Part shown: positions 47,564-56,505 of the stretch, in pieces | How positions within the stretch are numbered: position 1 is the first letter of the stretch | Layout: every line of letters begins with the position of its first letter | NCBI GenBank assembly: GCA_947493535.1 | Contig: CANLRK010000004.1 | Coordinates: 34,950 to 98,949 of the forward strand | Direction: 5' to 3' | Length of the DNA stretch: 64,000 nt | Source of the DNA: an uncultured Flavobacteriaceae bacterium | Lineage (GTDB): Bacteria; Bacteroidota; Bacteroidia; Flavobacteriales; Flavobacteriaceae | Made by a program: the position numbers and the translations under genes | Notes under the pieces: model-generated | The model's database searches: none | Seen by the model: the letters and a program-made list of their open reading frames with translations, nothing else | What the model was told of the DNA's origin: nothing

Positions 47564-47971
47564 TTAACCGTAGTAAATGTATGACTGGTGTAGTTTATAC
47601 AATGGAGGTGCATTACTCTGGTAAGTATAATTAGGTAACGCTAACTTAGTTTTACTAACTGAAGCAAATAACACAACATGGTATGTTGTTGGGCTAGCTA
47701 TTGCAAGTAACTTTAATGAATTTGATAAAAAAACTACATCACTATCAACATCAGAAAAATCAACTACACTATCCGAACAACACCCCTCATCTAACAAAGG
47801 CTCCTCAGCACAGCAAGCTTTTTCAACAACAACTTCGCAAGTTCCTTTTTCAGCAACTGCAGAAACACCAGCTAAACTACCACCACAAAAATGGATAGTC
47901 AAAGTAAGCCCTAAACTAATTACTAGATAGTAACAAGTTAAAATTACTGCTGTATTTCTTTTAAACTTCAT
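47564..47971 (-). CDS. Cys-rich membrane-anchored protein (HYC_CC_PP-like)
   Basis: N-terminal TM containing IHFCGG, then KACCAEE and GCCSD, then NAPPLY. This matches the H-x-C / CC / PP pattern of a Bacteroidota family I recall being named HYC_CC_PP. Confidence 0.6.
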   Translation of the reverse strand: MKFKRNTAVILTCYYLVISLGLTLTIHFCGGSLAGVSAVAEKGTCEVVVEKACCAEEPLLDEGCCSDSVVDFSDVDSDVVFLSNSLKLLAIASPTTYHVVLFASVSKTKLALPNYTYQSNAPPLYKLHQSYIYYG

Positions 47972-47976
47972 CTATG

Positions 47977-47984
47977 CAAAATTA
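47977..47984 (-). promoter_or_regulatory. Bacteroidota -7 box (minus strand TAATTTTG) directly upstream of the Cys-rich membrane protein gene
   Basis: Plus strand CAAAATTA, only 5 nt from the ATG at 47971. Implies a leaderless or near-leaderless transcript. Confidence 0.4.
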
Positions 47985-48021
47985 CAATTTAATGCGCTTT
48001 TTTGGTTAAGTTTTTCTTAAA

Positions 48022-48531
48022 TTATTTAAACCAACTAGCGTACTCAATATAATTCTCAACTATCCTATCAATTTCTCCAGAAATTAACTCTTTAGAAATA
48101 TCTTTTACTTTTTTAGCTGGTACACCTGCATAAATACTTCCTGATTCTACCACTGTGTTTTGAGTTACCACAGCACCTGCAGCTATAATCGAGTTAGAAT
48201 GCACAATACAATTATCCATTACTATACTCCCCATGCCTATTAAAACATTGTCGTGTATGGTACACCCATGTACAATAGCATTATGTCCTACAGAAACATT
48301 ATTACCAATTATTGTAGGATATTTTTTATAAGTACAGTGTACTACTGCTCCATCTTGAATATTAACTTTATCTCCTATTTTAATATAATTAACATCCCCT
48401 CGTAATACAGCGTTAAACCAAACACTACACTGTTTTCCCATTACCACATCACCAACAAGTGTTGCATTTTCGGCTATAAAACAATTTTCCCCAATTTGTG
48501 GTTTCTTACCTCTAATTTCTTTGAATACCAT
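48022..48531 (-). CDS. gamma carbonic anhydrase family / left-handed beta-helix (hexapeptide) protein
   Basis: Hexapeptide repeats throughout. Typical gamma-CA-like start ...PQIGENCFIAENATLVGDV...WFNAVLRGD with conserved His residues. Confidence 0.85.
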   Translation of the reverse strand: MVFKEIRGKKPQIGENCFIAENATLVGDVVMGKQCSVWFNAVLRGDVNYIKIGDKVNIQDGAVVHCTYKKYPTIIGNNVSVGHNAIVHGCTIHDNVLIGMGSIVMDNCIVHSNSIIAAGAVVTQNTVVESGSIYAGVPAKKVKDISKELISGEIDRIVENYIEYASWFK

Positions 48532-48551
48532 TGCTTAAGCTTATTAAAACC

Positions 48552-48577
48552 AAAAATGCCCGTGTTAAGACGGGCAT
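48552..48577 (-). terminator. rho-independent terminator after the PorP/SprF gene
   Basis: AAAAA-ATGCCCGT-GTTAAG-ACGGGCAT; U-tract on the minus strand. Confidence 0.75.
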
Positions 48578-48600
48578 TTGATATTGATACTATTTTATTT

Positions 48601-49629
48601 CTAATTTATACCAGGACAGTTACAGTCGTATTTTTCTGGTCTACAATTTAAGTTAATACCCAAAGTAATTTGATGATATCCACCTTCAAATTGCACTTGT
48701 CCCATTTGATGAGAGTATGTGTAACCAAACATATATTTATCATAATTAACCCCTACAAAAGGAGTTATGTATTGTAATTTTTGCCCTTCAGCAGATCCGC
48801 TTACTGTTGCATACTCGGCTCCGTCTAAACTTCTTCTATATGATAAACCTCCCCAAACTTTACCAAATTCTAACTTTCTATATACTTTCCCGTTCACATC
48901 AAACTGTGTTTCTCCAGTGTCAGAAATATGCTGAAATAAAACTGATGGCTCTACAGACCAATCACTATTAATTCCTGAAAAAACATACCCCATGGATATT
49001 AAAAACTTCTGCAAGTTAGAACTCTCCTGCTCTGTGTATAATTTACGCGCATTACCCATTAAGTTCTTAATGGTAAAGTGAGCATAAAAATCTAAGAAAT
49101 GATAAGAAACACCTATATCAACATTATAATAAGTACTTGAAATTTTTTCATTTGAGGTTGCTACTGGGTCAGGAGCTCCAGAAGTATTGTTTCCTCCATT
49201 CCAAACTAAATCCCATTCTGTTTGATTTAACCTACTTTGTATTAACCCAACACTCAATCCGAATGAAATTTGATTTAAATCAATTGTATTTCTCCCTAAC
49301 ATCAAATGGTGTGCATATGTTAAATACGCTCCTGTTTGAGAGTGAAATCCATTTTTATCATTAAATAAAATTATTCCTCCAGCAGATGGCATATCTTCAT
49401 TAAACCTTGTATTGTAACTCGCAGTCATTAAACTTGGAGCATCTTCAATACCAAACCATTGTTGACGACCAGTTAAACGAAGCTTAGAACAATTTGAAGC
49501 TCCAGCCATTGATGGGTGAATTAAGTATAAATTATCAGTTAAATAATCAGAATATACAGGTATTCCTTCTTGTGCATTAGTTTCAAAAACTATAAACAAA
49601 GCAATTAAAATGTAAAGTTTTTTTATCAT
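48601..49629 (-). CDS. type IX secretion system membrane protein, PorP/SprF family
   Basis: Signal peptide ...ETNAQE, YLIHPSMAG start motif, and beta-barrel-like alternating pattern. Start trimmed to MIKKLYIL (49629). Confidence 0.8.
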   Translation of the reverse strand: MIKKLYILIALFIVFETNAQEGIPVYSDYLTDNLYLIHPSMAGASNCSKLRLTGRQQWFGIEDAPSLMTASYNTRFNEDMPSAGGIILFNDKNGFHSQTGAYLTYAHHLMLGRNTIDLNQISFGLSVGLIQSRLNQTEWDLVWNGGNNTSGAPDPVATSNEKISSTYYNVDIGVSYHFLDFYAHFTIKNLMGNARKLYTEQESSNLQKFLISMGYVFSGINSDWSVEPSVLFQHISDTGETQFDVNGKVYRKLEFGKVWGGLSYRRSLDGAEYATVSGSAEGQKLQYITPFVGVNYDKYMFGYTYSHQMGQVQFEGGYHQITLGINLNCRPEKYDCNCPGIN

Positions 49630-49821
49630 TTTTCTTAAAGTCATTTCCAGCAACAATTCTTAACAAAAATTGTCCCTTTTTAATATTGGGATAATGTATA
49701 ATTCCCAAATATAGAAAAATTTAGAAAAGTAGTGCTATAAATTTCAATTATTATACGCGGCATTTTCTTTTAAAAGTGTGAATAATTGTTTAAAATCAAG
49801 CTTTGCCATCTTGTAATTCCT

Positions 49822-49829
49822 TATTTTTG
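49822..49829 (+). promoter_or_regulatory. Bacteroidota -7 box TATTTTTG upstream of the NifU gene
   Basis: Exact TAnnTTTG, 16 nt upstream of the ATG at 49846. TTTG at 49802-49805 is a possible -33. Confidence 0.4.
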
Positions 49830-49845
49830 CAAAAAAGATTTTTAT

Positions 49846-50748
49846 ATGAAAACGCATACTATCAATATAGTTAAGACGTCATCTCCTAATATTGTAAAAT
49901 TTGAATCAAATCACTTTTTAACAGAGCATCAAAATTTTGAATTCAATAATATTGATGAAGCTACCAACTCACAATTAGCTAAAGAATTATTCTATTTACC
50001 TTTTGTGAAAAAGGTTTACATTTCTGGTAATTTTGTTGCCATAGAAAAGTACAATATTGTTGAATGGGATGAAATTGAAACAGATGTAGCCACACAAATT
50101 CAAGATTTTTTAAATAGCGGAAAAAAAATTGTTGATAACGATACGGCTACAAAAAAAGTAGCTGTAACGGTTTATGCCGAAAGTACACCCAACCCTTCAG
50201 TAATGAAGTTTGTGGCTAATAAAAAATTAGTAGATACCATTTTTGAATTTAAAAACATTGATGAAGCTAAAGTTTCGCCTCTAGCCGCTAAACTATTTCA
50301 CTTCCCCTTCGTTAAAGAAGTTTTTATTGATGAGAATTATGTTTCTATTAGCAAATATGATTTGGCTGAATGGAATGATATTGCCAATGAACTCCGAGAA
50401 GAAATAAGAAATTTTATTGCTAACGGAAACACAATTATTGATGTAACAGTAGCTAAACCAAAAAAAGAAATAGCTCCAGAAATTAACTTGAACATTGACG
50501 ACTTAGACGATATCTCTACTGAAATTGTGAATGTACTTAACGAGTATATTAAACCTGCGGTTGCAAGTGACGGAGGAAACATCATGTTTCAGTCTTACGA
50601 CGAAAAATCTAAAGAAGTAAAAGTTGTTTTACAAGGTGCTTGTAGCGGCTGTCCATCTTCTACTGTTACTTTAAAAAACGGAATTGAAGCCACATTAAAA
50701 GAATTAATTCCAGGAAAAATAAACTCCGTTATTGCCATAAACGCTTAA
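49846..50748 (+). CDS. NifU/Nfu-type Fe-S cluster protein with two Nfu_N-like domains
   Basis: Two similar N-terminal modules (…LAKELFYLPFVKKVYISGNFVAIEK… and …LAAKLFHFPFVKEVFIDENYVSISK…). C-terminal NifU domain with GACSGCPSS. Start moved to the ATG at 49846. Confidence 0.85.
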   Translation: MKTHTINIVKTSSPNIVKFESNHFLTEHQNFEFNNIDEATNSQLAKELFYLPFVKKVYISGNFVAIEKYNIVEWDEIETDVATQIQDFLNSGKKIVDNDTATKKVAVTVYAESTPNPSVMKFVANKKLVDTIFEFKNIDEAKVSPLAAKLFHFPFVKEVFIDENYVSISKYDLAEWNDIANELREEIRNFIANGNTIIDVTVAKPKKEIAPEINLNIDDLDDISTEIVNVLNEYIKPAVASDGGNIMFQSYDEKSKEVKVVLQGACSGCPSSTVTLKNGIEATLKELIPGKINSVIAINA

Positions 50749-50795
50749 TTTTTTTTTAAATTTATAGCTAATACTAACCTTTAAATCAAATTATT

Positions 50796-50996
50796 ATGGC
50801 AGTTTTAAAAGTAATTGAAGTTTTAGCTAACTCAGAAAAAAGTTGGGAAGACGCAACTAAGAAAGCAGTAAAACACGCTTCAAAATCTGTAAAAAACATA
50901 CGTTCTGTATATGTTCAAGATCAAAGCGCAAGTGTAAAAGATGGTGAAGTTTCCGATTATAGAGTAAATCTCAAAGTCACTTTTGAAGTACAATAA
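50796..50996 (+). CDS. dodecin family flavin-binding protein
   Basis: 66 aa: KVIEVLANSEKSWEDATKKAV...YRVNLKVTFEV, the typical dodecin pattern. Confidence 0.8.
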   Translation: MAVLKVIEVLANSEKSWEDATKKAVKHASKSVKNIRSVYVQDQSASVKDGEVSDYRVNLKVTFEVQ

Positions 50997-51001
50997 CAAA
51001 A

Positions 51002-51024
51002 AAGCGCCTTAAGGCGCTTTTTTG
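51002..51024 (+). terminator. rho-independent terminator after the dodecin gene
   Basis: AAGCGCC-TTAA-GGCGCTT-TTTTG. Confidence 0.85.
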
Positions 51025-51116
51025 TTGTTTACTACATTCATAAAAAGCAATTGCTATTATGTATATTTGTATACATTATATAAAATAACCACTAATTAAC
51101 TTTTAAATAAAAACAC

Positions 51117-51959
51117 ATGAAAACAAACGAACTGGAAGCTGCACAAAATGAAGCAAGCATTTGGATGGATAAAGGAATTGACTTTATAGGAGCATATGGA
51201 CCAAAAGTATTAGGAGCCATTCTTATTTGGATTATCGGTTCATGGATAATCAAAAAAATACTAAAACAAACCAATAAAGTAATGGAAAAAAGAGGCTATG
51301 AAAAAAGCCTCCAAAAATTTTTAGTTAACTTACTATCATGGTCTTTAAAAGTATTGTTAATTGTAACCTTACTTGGAGTTTTAGGGGTGGAAACTACTTC
51401 TTTTGCAGCTATTTTAGCTTCGGCAGGTTTAGCAGTAGGTTTAGCTCTACAAGGCTCACTAGCTAATTTTGCCGGTGGTGTGTTAATTATGATTTTTAAG
51501 CCTTTTAAAATTGGTGATTTAATTGAAGCGCAAGGAGAACTTGGTGTAGTAAAAGAAATTGAAATTTTTACCACTAAGTTAAATAGCCCAGAAAACAAAG
51601 AAATTATTATTCCTAACGGAACACTTTCTAACGGAAATATAACCAACTATACTTCTGAAGGAACGTTAAGAGTTAACTTAACTATAGGTGTTGGTTATGA
51701 CGAAGATATTAAAAAAGCAAAAGCAGTTTTATTAAAAGTACTTACCGATAACCCTAAAGTACTTAAAGAACCTGCACCAAGTGTAAATGTATCTGAATTA
51801 GCCGATAGTTCTGTAAACTTTGCGGTAAGACCTTGGTCTACCACTGCTGACTATTGGGATGTATACTTCACCACTCTTGAAAACTGTAAGTTAGCCTTAG
51901 ATGAGGCAGGAATAGAAATTCCTTATCCACACTCGGTAGAAATACAAAAGAATGCTTAA
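51117..51959 (+). CDS. small-conductance mechanosensitive channel (MscS family)
   Basis: Three TM helices followed by an MscS beta-domain (FKPFKIGDLIEAQGELGVVKEIEIFTTKL). Confidence 0.88.
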   Translation: MKTNELEAAQNEASIWMDKGIDFIGAYGPKVLGAILIWIIGSWIIKKILKQTNKVMEKRGYEKSLQKFLVNLLSWSLKVLLIVTLLGVLGVETTSFAAILASAGLAVGLALQGSLANFAGGVLIMIFKPFKIGDLIEAQGELGVVKEIEIFTTKLNSPENKEIIIPNGTLSNGNITNYTSEGTLRVNLTIGVGYDEDIKKAKAVLLKVLTDNPKVLKEPAPSVNVSELADSSVNFAVRPWSTTADYWDVYFTTLENCKLALDEAGIEIPYPHSVEIQKNA

Positions 51960-52624
51960 ACTTTCTTTTTTTCAGGAGTAACTAAAAAATCTTTTAAATA
52001 ATAAGGTTCAAAATAAGCGACATCTTCGATGTCGTTTTTTTTGTATTTCTCATAGGCTAACGTACTCATTTCTCTTGCTGATGGTACTGCCTCAATAAAT
52101 TCTGCATTAGATGATTTTATCACACTTGCCGTCTTTTCAGTTTTATTACCAATAAAAACCACTTTCCTATCTAAATAAGCATCAAAAGATGTTTCTTCTA
52201 AAATCTCAGCTTTAATAGCTCTAACAGCTTCATGATTTGCGTTATAAACTTTAGTGTAAGCTTCCATTCGTCTTGCGTCAATCATTGGCACTATATACCC
52301 GCTATTTATAACTACTTGCTGTGCTAAAACCTCTAACGTTTCAATGGCAATTAACGGTATATCTAAACCAAAGCACAACCCTTTAGCAGCTGAAACCCCA
52401 ATACGTAACCCTGTATAAGAACCCGGACCTTTACTTACAGCAATTGCCGATAAATCAGAAAAAGACAAAGCATTTTCTTCCAGCACTTCTTTAATAAATA
52501 CATGCAAATTTTCTGCATGCGAATAACCATTACTTAACTCTTTAACAGCAATAGTCTTTCCGTTTTTTGCTATTGCAACAGAACAATTAGTGGTTGCGGT
52601 TTCTATTTGTAGTATATATGTCAA
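51956..52624 (-). CDS. tsaB: tRNA t6A37 biosynthesis protein TsaB
   Basis: ILQIETATTNCSVAI... and GPGSYTGLRIGVSAAKG motifs; 222 aa. Confidence 0.9.
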   Translation of the reverse strand: MTYILQIETATTNCSVAIAKNGKTIAVKELSNGYSHAENLHVFIKEVLEENALSFSDLSAIAVSKGPGSYTGLRIGVSAAKGLCFGLDIPLIAIETLEVLAQQVVINSGYIVPMIDARRMEAYTKVYNANHEAVRAIKAEILEETSFDAYLDRKVVFIGNKTEKTASVIKSSNAEFIEAVPSAREMSTLAYEKYKKNDIEDVAYFEPYYLKDFLVTPEKKKV

Positions 52625-52680
52625 AACAAAAAATTTACTGCAAAAATCGGTATTTCCGATGAATTCTTCCTTTTTAAAAT

Positions 52681-52718
52681 AAAAAAACTGCGGGTAACCA
52701 TAAAAGCTACCCGCAGTT
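52681..52718 (-). terminator. rho-independent terminator after the TolC gene (end of exporter operon)
   Basis: AAAAAAA-CTGCGGGTA-(11 nt)-TACCCGCAG; U-tract on the minus strand. Confidence 0.8.
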
Positions 52719-52741
52719 GTTATTATACTTTTACTATTTTG

Positions 52742-54073
52742 TTATTCTAACAATGATTTACCTGCATAAAAATCAAGCACTTTAGATTTAAATACAAAGT
52801 CATATTTTGCTTTTGTTAATGAAGCTTTTGCGTTTACAAGTTTTGTACGCTCTTGATCTAAATCAAATGCATTTGCCATACCTATACTAAAACGTCCTTG
52901 GGTATTTTCTAATGACAATTCTTGAGCTGCTAATGATTTTTTAGCCGCTTCATACGATTTTAATGCTGCTTTTACATCTAAAAAAGCTCGTTCAATATTT
53001 GTGAACAGTGTTAATTTAGCTTGTTCTAAATTTAACTTTGCTTTTTCTTCTTGTATTTTACTTTTACTTACCGATGTTTTATTTTGAAACCTTGAAAAAA
53101 CAGGTATATTAAGTTGTAAACTTAAATTATGCCCTTTATTATTATTTAATTGTTCAAAAAATGATTGTGTTGGGGCAGTGCTCAAATGATCTAAATTTGA
53201 AAAATTTGCTGCTGTACTATACCTATAACCAAAACTCAACGATGGCATATATCCTCCCTTTGCTATTGTTGTTCCTAACTCAGATACCTCAATTGCTTTT
53301 TCTGCCGATTTTATCTCATTACGCTCCTTTTCAGCAATGCTATAAATAGAATTACTGTTATCATATAAAAGCAATTCTGAAGGCTCACCAACATCAATAC
53401 TTTCTACATCAAAATTGACGGATGGTATTTGAAGTAATTGCGCTAAACTTAGTTTCGCTAAATTTAAATTATTTTCTGCTGCAACTAACGTTTGTTCATC
53501 ACTCGCCATTGTAGCCTCTATATTTAACAAATCACCTTGAGGACTTACTCCAGAATCAACTAACTTCTGTACTCGTTTGTATTGTTTTTTACTAAACTCT
53601 AGCTGAAATAGAGCTGTGTTTAGATTTTCTTTATTAAACAATACATTTAAGTAGCTATTTACCACATTTAATGTGATATCATCTTTAATCCTAGCTAATT
53701 CCAACTTACTTTGTTCTAAATTTAATTTAGATTGTTTGTACAAATTAGTTGTCCTGAACCCATTAAAAATAGTTTGAGACACATTGAAACTTGCATTAGT
53801 TGAATGAAAAGTTCTATCTACAAAATTTCCTGGAAAAAGTTCAGCATTACCAAAGCTTACCGATTGTGAAACTCCGAAACCTACAGAAGGTAAATGTTGT
53901 CCACGCGAAGCCTCAAGATTCTCTTCACTTGTTAAAGCATCAAACTCTGTTTGCTTTACTGTAAGGTTATTTTCAACAGCATGGTTTACACACTCTTCTA
54001 AAGTCCATTGCTTATCTTGCGCAAAAGAAAATATTCCCAAAGATAAACTTAGTGCTATTAGTGTTTTTTTCAT
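52742..54073 (-). CDS. TolC family outer-membrane efflux protein
   Basis: Signal peptide, tandem coiled-coil/beta repeats, and a typical start WTLEECVNHAVENNLTVK. Confidence 0.88.
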   Translation of the reverse strand: MKKTLIALSLSLGIFSFAQDKQWTLEECVNHAVENNLTVKQTEFDALTSEENLEASRGQHLPSVGFGVSQSVSFGNAELFPGNFVDRTFHSTNASFNVSQTIFNGFRTTNLYKQSKLNLEQSKLELARIKDDITLNVVNSYLNVLFNKENLNTALFQLEFSKKQYKRVQKLVDSGVSPQGDLLNIEATMASDEQTLVAAENNLNLAKLSLAQLLQIPSVNFDVESIDVGEPSELLLYDNSNSIYSIAEKERNEIKSAEKAIEVSELGTTIAKGGYMPSLSFGYRYSTAANFSNLDHLSTAPTQSFFEQLNNNKGHNLSLQLNIPVFSRFQNKTSVSKSKIQEEKAKLNLEQAKLTLFTNIERAFLDVKAALKSYEAAKKSLAAQELSLENTQGRFSIGMANAFDLDQERTKLVNAKASLTKAKYDFVFKSKVLDFYAGKSLLE

Positions 54074-54092
54074 ATCAATTTACAACTGCTTA

Positions 54093-55211
54093 TTAATCTT
54101 CTTTTTCTTCGTTATCTTTAGAGGCTTTATTCCAAACTTTTACTTTATCTCCTTCTTTTAAACCTTCTAAAATTTCTACATTAATACCATCAGAGATTCC
54201 TAACTTTACATCTACTTTTTCAAATTTCTGATCTTCTTTTTCAACCTCAACAAATGGCTTTTCAGTAATTCTGTTAAACTGTAATAAAGACTCTTTTATA
54301 GCAAAAACAGAATCCTTTTTTTCCAACTCAATTTCTGCGTTAGCACTATACCCTGCTCTCACATATGTTCCGTCTTTAATATTTACATCTGCTTTTATAG
54401 TAAACTGTACAGCACCTGATTCCTCTTGTCCTTTAGGCGCTACAAAGATTAATTTTGCGGGAAACTCTTTCTCTTCAATAGCACCAAGTTTAACCATTAT
54501 TTCTCTTCCTTCCTTAAGTTTTCCTACTTCTGCTTCATCTACTTTTCCTTCAAAAATCATTTTACTCATGTCTGCAATTGTAGCAATGGTTGTACCTGCA
54601 TTAAAGTTGTTACTTTCAATCACCTGATTTCCTTCACGAACCGGAATTTCTAAAATAGTTCCTGAAATTTGTGCTATAATATTGGTGTTAGCCTCAGAGC
54701 CCATACCTGCTGCGGAACCTTTTTTGATAATTTGATAATCCGTTTGACTTTGAGTTAAGGTTTGTCTAGCCTGATTATAAGCCAACTCACTATTTTCAAA
54801 ATCTTGTTTTGAAATAACACCTTGCTCAAACAAATCTTTATTACGCTCATATAGCACTTTAGAATTATCGAAAGATAATTTTGCAGAGCGTACTCTACTT
54901 TGTGAGCTTGCTAAATTTTGTGCGTTTGGCACTACTCTAATTTTAGCAATTAAATCGCCTTTTTTTACCACATCGCCTTCTTCCACTAAGATTTCAGAAA
55001 CAATACCTGAAATTTGAGGTTTCAACTCTATTTCTTCTTCTGGATTTACTTTTCCAGTTGCTACAGTTTTTGTAGCAATACTTGCTTTAAAGGGTTGCTC
55101 AGTTTTATACTCTACAGCTGCTTTTGAATTTTTATCGGCAAAAAATTTCATTACCACTATTAATAAAATAAGTGCTACTGCTGCTAACGCTATTTTAAGT
55201 CCTTTTTTCAT
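54093..55211 (-). CDS. efflux transporter periplasmic adaptor subunit (HlyD/MacA family)
   Basis: N-terminal TM, lipoyl-like hairpin motifs (GIVSEILVEEGDVVKKGDLIAKI), and coiled coil. Confidence 0.88.
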   Translation of the reverse strand: MKKGLKIALAAVALILLIVVMKFFADKNSKAAVEYKTEQPFKASIATKTVATGKVNPEEEIELKPQISGIVSEILVEEGDVVKKGDLIAKIRVVPNAQNLASSQSRVRSAKLSFDNSKVLYERNKDLFEQGVISKQDFENSELAYNQARQTLTQSQTDYQIIKKGSAAGMGSEANTNIIAQISGTILEIPVREGNQVIESNNFNAGTTIATIADMSKMIFEGKVDEAEVGKLKEGREIMVKLGAIEEKEFPAKLIFVAPKGQEESGAVQFTIKADVNIKDGTYVRAGYSANAEIELEKKDSVFAIKESLLQFNRITEKPFVEVEKEDQKFEKVDVKLGISDGINVEILEGLKEGDKVKVWNKASKDNEEKED

Positions 55212-55261
55212 TCTGTTTAGTTTTAATCCTTTTGTTTTTTGATTGATTTTATTTTAGTTTT

Positions 55262-56503
55262 TTATTCTTCTCGTAAAGCGTCAATTGGTTTAACACTAGT
55301 AGCTTTATTGGCAGGAATCAATCCGATTAAAGTTCCCAAAACTATTAATATTGCCAAAGCTAGCCAAACAATTGGGATAGATACCGACGCATTTACCAAT
55401 GCCGCATCTTCTCCTTGCCCAAATGCCGCATCAATAATCATTAGTAACACGCCACCTGATATTATTCCTAATAATCCGGAAATAAGTGTTAGCAACACCG
55501 CTTCCATTACTATTTGACGTTTAATTTCAAATGGTGTTGCACCTAATGCTCTACGTACTCCAATTTCTTTAGTTCTTTCTTTTACAGTAATTAACAAAAT
55601 GTTTCCTATTGCAAATACTCCAGCAATTAATGTGGCTATACCAACAAACCAAGTTAAAAACTGCATTCCTGTTAAAAAGCCTGTTAGTTTTTTAAATTCA
55701 TTCCCTAAATTAAAACTACCAAATGCCCTTTTATCTTCTGGATGAACTTTATTTAAGTTTTTCAATAACAGTTTAGCGTCTAGCTCAATTTGTTTGATAT
55801 CAAACTCTGGTTTACCAGTAATCATCATCCAACCTATTTCTTCCCCTTTATTATAAATTTGTTGAAAGGTTGTAAATGGGATATGCATATCTGATGAAGG
55901 ACCACCCATCATACTAGCTGCATAAACTCCTGCTACTTTAAAATTAATACCATTTATTTGAATGTATTGGCCAATAGCATCTTCATCTTTTTCAAATAAC
56001 TGTTTATAAGCATCTTCAGAGATTATTGCAATTTTCTTTTTATCGTCAATATCATTTTGATTGATAAAGCGCCCGTGGATAAGTTTCTTTTTCTGCACTT
56101 TATCCAGTAAAGGATAATCTCCATTTACGCTAAAACTACCCGATTGAAATCCTCTTACTACTGAGGCTCCTGTTTGATTTCTTGGCACAACAAATTCAAT
56201 ACCATCAACTTCTTCTTGTACTGCTTTAGCGTCTTGCAAAGTTAAACGTAAGCTTTTCCCTTCTTGAAATCCTTTAAAAGGCTTACTTGTACTTTGGCCC
56301 CATATAAACACACTGTTGGTAGCAAAATCTCCAAAAAGACGATTAAAGGAGTTTTCCATTCCTCTTGCTGCCCCTAAAAGCCCTATAAGTAATAAAATAC
56401 CCCACCATACACCTATCATGGTAATTACAGTTCGGAATTTATTTTTACGTAAACTGTCGTAAATTTCTTGCCAAGAGTCTCTATCTACTAAAAATCTAAA
56501 CAT
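55262..56503 (-). CDS. ABC transporter permease (MacB/FtsX family)
   Basis: TM1, a large periplasmic MacB_PCD-like domain, then FtsX 3-TM C-terminus (KERTKEIGVRRALGA). Confidence 0.88.
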   Translation of the reverse strand: MFRFLVDRDSWQEIYDSLRKNKFRTVITMIGVWWGILLLIGLLGAARGMENSFNRLFGDFATNSVFIWGQSTSKPFKGFQEGKSLRLTLQDAKAVQEEVDGIEFVVPRNQTGASVVRGFQSGSFSVNGDYPLLDKVQKKKLIHGRFINQNDIDDKKKIAIISEDAYKQLFEKDEDAIGQYIQINGINFKVAGVYAASMMGGPSSDMHIPFTTFQQIYNKGEEIGWMMITGKPEFDIKQIELDAKLLLKNLNKVHPEDKRAFGSFNLGNEFKKLTGFLTGMQFLTWFVGIATLIAGVFAIGNILLITVKERTKEIGVRRALGATPFEIKRQIVMEAVLLTLISGLLGIISGGVLLMIIDAAFGQGEDAALVNASVSIPIVWLALAILIVLGTLIGLIPANKATSVKPIDALREE

Positions 56504-56505
56504 AA

